Assembly: GCA_035310145.1 (NCBI GenBank)
Contig: DATGEL010000003.1
Location: forward strand, 4,779-68,778
Direction of reading: 5' to 3'
DNA length: 64,000 nt
From: Dehalococcoidia bacterium
GTDB lineage: Bacteria > Chloroflexota > Dehalococcoidia > CAUJGQ01
Shown piece by piece: positions 61,193-64,000 of this stretch; the first letter of the stretch is position 1; every line of letters begins with the position of its first letter. The notes beneath the pieces were generated by a model. It made no database searches and was not told the origin of the DNA. It saw only the letters and a program-made list of their open reading frames with translations. The position numbers and the translations under genes were made by a program.

Positions 61193-62011
61193 TCACCCTG
61201 CGCCCGGACGCAATCCGTACTGAATCAGCCGCGAGTAGGGGCGGAACCCGAGCTGCCAGTAGACGTTGAGTCCCAGCTTCGACGACTGCAGCACGCCGAC
61301 GCGGTAGCCTTCGTCCCGCGCTTCCAGCAACGGCACACGCGTCACGGCCGTGCCGATGCCGCGCCGGCGCGCGGATGGCAAGGTGGCCACGTTATAGATG
61401 CCGGCTACCCCTTCCGCAAGATAGAGCGTCGAGGAGGCAACGGGTTCGCCTCGCCACAGGCCGAGGTAGTGGCGCATGAAGGAGTCCGGCCCAAAGCCCA
61501 AGCAGCGGTAGGCTACACCGATGGCGTCGCGCGCGATCACAGGCATGTCGAAGCCGCGGGCCATCACGTCTAGCCAGACGGCGAAGGCCACGGTGTCGCG
61601 CACGGGCTCGACGTCGACGCCGGCGATCGGGCGTCCGGCCGGGAGCGCGGCCAGCTCGGCCGCCATCCCCGGCTCTCCCAGCCCGCGCCACAGGCCGTGA
61701 TTGCGGAGCTGCTCGCCGAGATCGTCCGGCGCCGAGGAGCTGCCGACGTGCCACGTCATCTCGATCGCCCGCCCGCGAAACGGCGCCAGCAGCTCCTGGA
61801 TGCGAGCAGGCGCCGCCGCGGCAGGCAGACGCGCCCGCATCACGCCATTGAACAGTGCGTAGTCGATGTCGGTGATGAACCAGAGCGCGTCGCCCTCGTC
61901 GTGCGTTTCTCCGCCCATGCCCTCGGCGAGCAGGCCATACTGCGCCGCCTGGTTGGCGTCGATCGCCGCGGCCAGCGCCGTGTCGGAGGTGTCGCGCAGA
62001 ATCGCCGCCAT
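61193..62011 (-). CDS. GNAT-family N-acetyltransferase.
   Basis: Acetyl-CoA motif VATLPSARRRGIGTAVT. Its ATG directly abuts the stop codon of the upstream thioredoxin-fold gene (TAGATG). Confidence 0.75.
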   Translation of the reverse strand: MAAILRDTSDTALAAAIDANQAAQYGLLAEGMGGETHDEGDALWFITDIDYALFNGVMRARLPAAAAPARIQELLAPFRGRAIEMTWHVGSSSAPDDLGEQLRNHGLWRGLGEPGMAAELAALPAGRPIAGVDVEPVRDTVAFAVWLDVMARGFDMPVIARDAIGVAYRCLGFGPDSFMRHYLGLWRGEPVASSTLYLAEGVAGIYNVATLPSARRRGIGTAVTRVPLLEARDEGYRVGVLQSSKLGLNVYWQLGFRPYSRLIQYGLRPGAG

Positions 62012-63127
62012 CTAGCGCGGCATCCCCTCCATCTCGATCTGCGGGTAGTAGCGCCGGTCGCCCAGCGCATCAACCGCGGCCCAGAACGGCGGGCCGCCGG
62101 CGAGGCCAGGCTGCTCCAACGCCCAGGCCTGGCGCTTGTACGACCAGCTTTGCGGCCGCAGGCGCTGCGCTGCGTGGAAGTGCCGCTGCGCGGCCTCGGT
62201 CTGCCCCTGCTCGTGCAGCCAGGTACCCAGGCGGAAGTGCGTTGCCGCCAGCGCTTGCTCCTCGCTGGGACCGGGCAGGCGCCGCCGCGCCTCCGCTGCC
62301 GAGAGCACATGACGGCTCGCGGCGCCCTTCGCCACCCAGTCGCGCAGGGCGTTGAGGTAGACCTCACGCCGCACCCGGTAGTCTTCGATCGCTTCCGGCG
62401 GCATCTGGAAGGTGGTGCGGTCCATAGTGCGGAAGCCGTCGCCCGCGCCGGCGGGCTCGGTGGTGCGCACGATACGGCCCTGCTCGTCGATCCAGACCGC
62501 ACTCGGCACGTTGATCATGTCGTAGAGCCGCGCGACGACGTGATGCTCGTCGATCAGGCAGGGATAGGTCGGCTTCGCCTTCTCGATCCACTCGCGTGCC
62601 GCAGCCGCGCCGCCGGTATCCAGCGCCACCGAGATCGGCAGAAAGCCCTTCTCCCCCAGCTCCGCGTACAGCGCCTGCCAGACCGGCAGGTCCATGCGGC
62701 AGCCTCACCAGCTCGCCCAGGAGACGAGCAGCACCTTCTTGCCGCGGTAGTCGTTGAGCGAATGCATGCGCCCTTCGAGGTCGGGCAGGGTAAAGTCGGG
62801 CGCTTCGAGGCTCCGCAGCGCGTCGCGCCGCGCCGCGCCCGCCTCGCCAAAGGCCCAGGCGTCTGGGGTCGTCTCATGCAGCTCCGGTTGGCCCAGCAAC
62901 CGCGCCAGCGCCGCCAGGTTGAACTGCCGGCCGCCGTCACGCGTAAACTCGGTCTGGCGCCCCGCCGGCAAGGGCACACAGACATCGCCGCGGCAGGCGC
63001 CTTGGGGCTTCAGCTCCCAGCCACTCACGGCCGGCAACGCGGCGACGGGCAGCCAGAGGGCATCGCCCTCGGCTCGCGCTTCCGCGCAGGTTGCTTCGCG
63101 ATCTTCCCACAGTACCGTGACGGTCAT
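62012..63127 (-). CDS. Putative selenoprotein: a TlpA/ResA-like thiol-disulfide oxidoreductase (thioredoxin fold) with an in-frame TGA (62705..62707) at the catalytic Cys position.
   Basis: APDFTLPDLEGRMHSLNDYRGKKVLLVSWASW-[TGA]-GCRMDLPVWQALYAELGEKGFLPISVALD...VWIDEQGRIVRT, to be compared with canonical TlpA ...VLVNFWASWCGPCR.... The two ORF-track ORFs (62705..63316 and 62012..62695) are in the same frame. GGAGGGGAAG RBS before ATG 63127. Confidence 0.55.
62674..62690 (-). other. SECIS-like hairpin, 15 nt downstream of the in-frame UGA.
   Basis: mRNA 5'-CCUGCC GGUCU GGCAGG-3': a 6-bp stem with an apical loop containing GGUC. Spacing and loop resemble the E. coli fdhF SECIS (loop GGUC about 19 nt after the UGA). 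Confidence 0.45.
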
Positions 63128-63357
63128 CTTCCCCTCCAGCTCTGCGTAGGGCGGCGACGCACCATCATAGATCGACCAGAGCGATGCCGGCGGGGTCTGC
63201 CTGATTTCCGGTCGTTGCGTGAGCTGGCAGCGGGCGCCTCCCGGCCCGGCCGCACGAGCGGAGCGCCGCTTCAAGGATCGCGGCGCTCGGCGTACCGGCC
63301 GGCGGCCGATGCGCACGATTCGTTGCGGGCGGCGCCCATCCCCCGCATAGTGCAGTC

Positions 63358-64000
63358 ATGCTGGCACGTCGCCCTGGCCACTCGGCGCCGCTTGCCGGCG
63401 GCGCAGCGCCCGCCGCGTTTGCGCTTCACCCGCCGCGCACGTCGACGGACATGGCGGCACAGGCGTCGGTGGCGGCGCTGTTCCAGGCGGTCACGCCGCT
63501 GCTGGTACAGATCTCGGCGCGCCGTGATCCCAGGGCGATTCTCGCGCCTGGGACGATCGTCGCCTTCGCTCACAAGCGTGATCTGGATGTGCCGGCGCTG
63601 ATCGCAACCCTGCTTGGCCCTTCGGTCTGGCCGCGCTGGCTGGGGCGGGTAACCTTCGTCGGCAGCGCTGACCTCTACCTCGACGGTTTCCTTGGACTGT
63701 ACTTCCCTCAGCTCGGCCCGCCGCTGCGCAGGCTGCTGTACCGGACGAATCTCGGCCCCGTGCTCCGCGCCCTGCGGATCGTGCCCGTCGGTTCAACCGG
63801 GACACAGATGGTCGCTGAATGGCTGGACATACTGCGCGCCGTCTACCCGGGCGATACGCCGTTGAGCGCGGTGCTGAGCGAGGGGGGACTGGCGCTGGTC
63901 CGTGCTGCGGGTGCCGAACCGTCGCTGAGGCTGACCGAGGCGCGTCGTTGGCGCTACGAGCGGCTGCTGACCATTCAGACCGGCAACGACCTGATCAGTA
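63358..64000 (+). CDS. Partial CDS (3' end beyond the window): putative lysophospholipid acyltransferase-like protein (HX4D).
   Basis: Open frame from ATG 63358 to the window end; VAFAHKRDLD fits the acyltransferase HxxxxD motif; absent from the ORF track for lack of a stop. The start is uncertain (alternative ATG at 63448). Confidence 0.35.
   Translation, partial: MLARRPGHSAPLAGGAAPAAFALHPPRTSTDMAAQASVAALFQAVTPLLVQISARRDPRAILAPGTIVAFAHKRDLDVPALIATLLGPSVWPRWLGRVTFVGSADLYLDGFLGLYFPQLGPPLRRLLYRTNLGPVLRALRIVPVGSTGTQMVAEWLDILRAVYPGDTPLSAVLSEGGLALVRAAGAEPSLRLTEARRWRYERLLTIQTGNDLIS

Overview
This is a 64 kb window of very high-GC (about 70%) bacterial chromosome. Genes are densely packed on both strands, many preceded by GGAGG-type ribosome-binding sites, with frequent GTG/TTG starts and arginine/alanine-rich antisense ORFs that are typical GC artefacts. 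I found no rRNA, tRNA, CRISPR array, transposase or integrase. The content is mostly housekeeping and accessory metabolism, with one feature of clearly unusual interest.

Protein families recognised from conserved motifs:
- NAD(P)-isocitrate dehydrogenase and an inositol monophosphatase.
- GlgX and an amylo-alpha-1,6-glucosidase.
- A crotonase followed by a GMC oxidoreductase fused to a prenyltransferase-like alpha/alpha-toroid domain, then a D-2-hydroxyacid dehydrogenase.
- Two aldo/keto reductases, a HemQ/chlorite-dismutase-like protein, and aminotransferases of classes III (two in tandem) and V.
- Two CoA-transferase family III genes, one of them a tandem-domain fusion.
- PdxA-family dehydrogenase, an archaeal/eukaryal-type TyrRS, an SDR and an F420-type LLM oxidoreductase.
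- DUF169, DUF72 and DUF4342 proteins.
- A ferritin-like diiron protein, a ferredoxin and a helical metallo-protein in a cluster next to a divergent MarR regulator.
- A ClC channel and an adenosine deaminase that are both disrupted.
- A PEP-utilizer domain protein, an FGGY kinase, a sulfite-oxidase-family molybdoenzyme, a hybrid PAS histidine kinase and a GNAT.

The most notable candidate is a TlpA/ResA-like thiol-disulfide oxidoreductase with an in-frame TGA exactly at the catalytic Cys position, followed by a SECIS-like hairpin with a GGUC loop. I read this as a putative selenoprotein.

Other points of interest:
- A family of GC-rich palindromic hairpin repeats, one embedded in the 3' end of a gene.
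- The unusual GMC-toroid and tandem CaiB fusions.
- A MarR-linked putative diiron oxygenase cluster.
- Two adjacent broken genes: the ClC channel has an in-frame TAG, and the adenosine deaminase has a frameshift in a G7 run.
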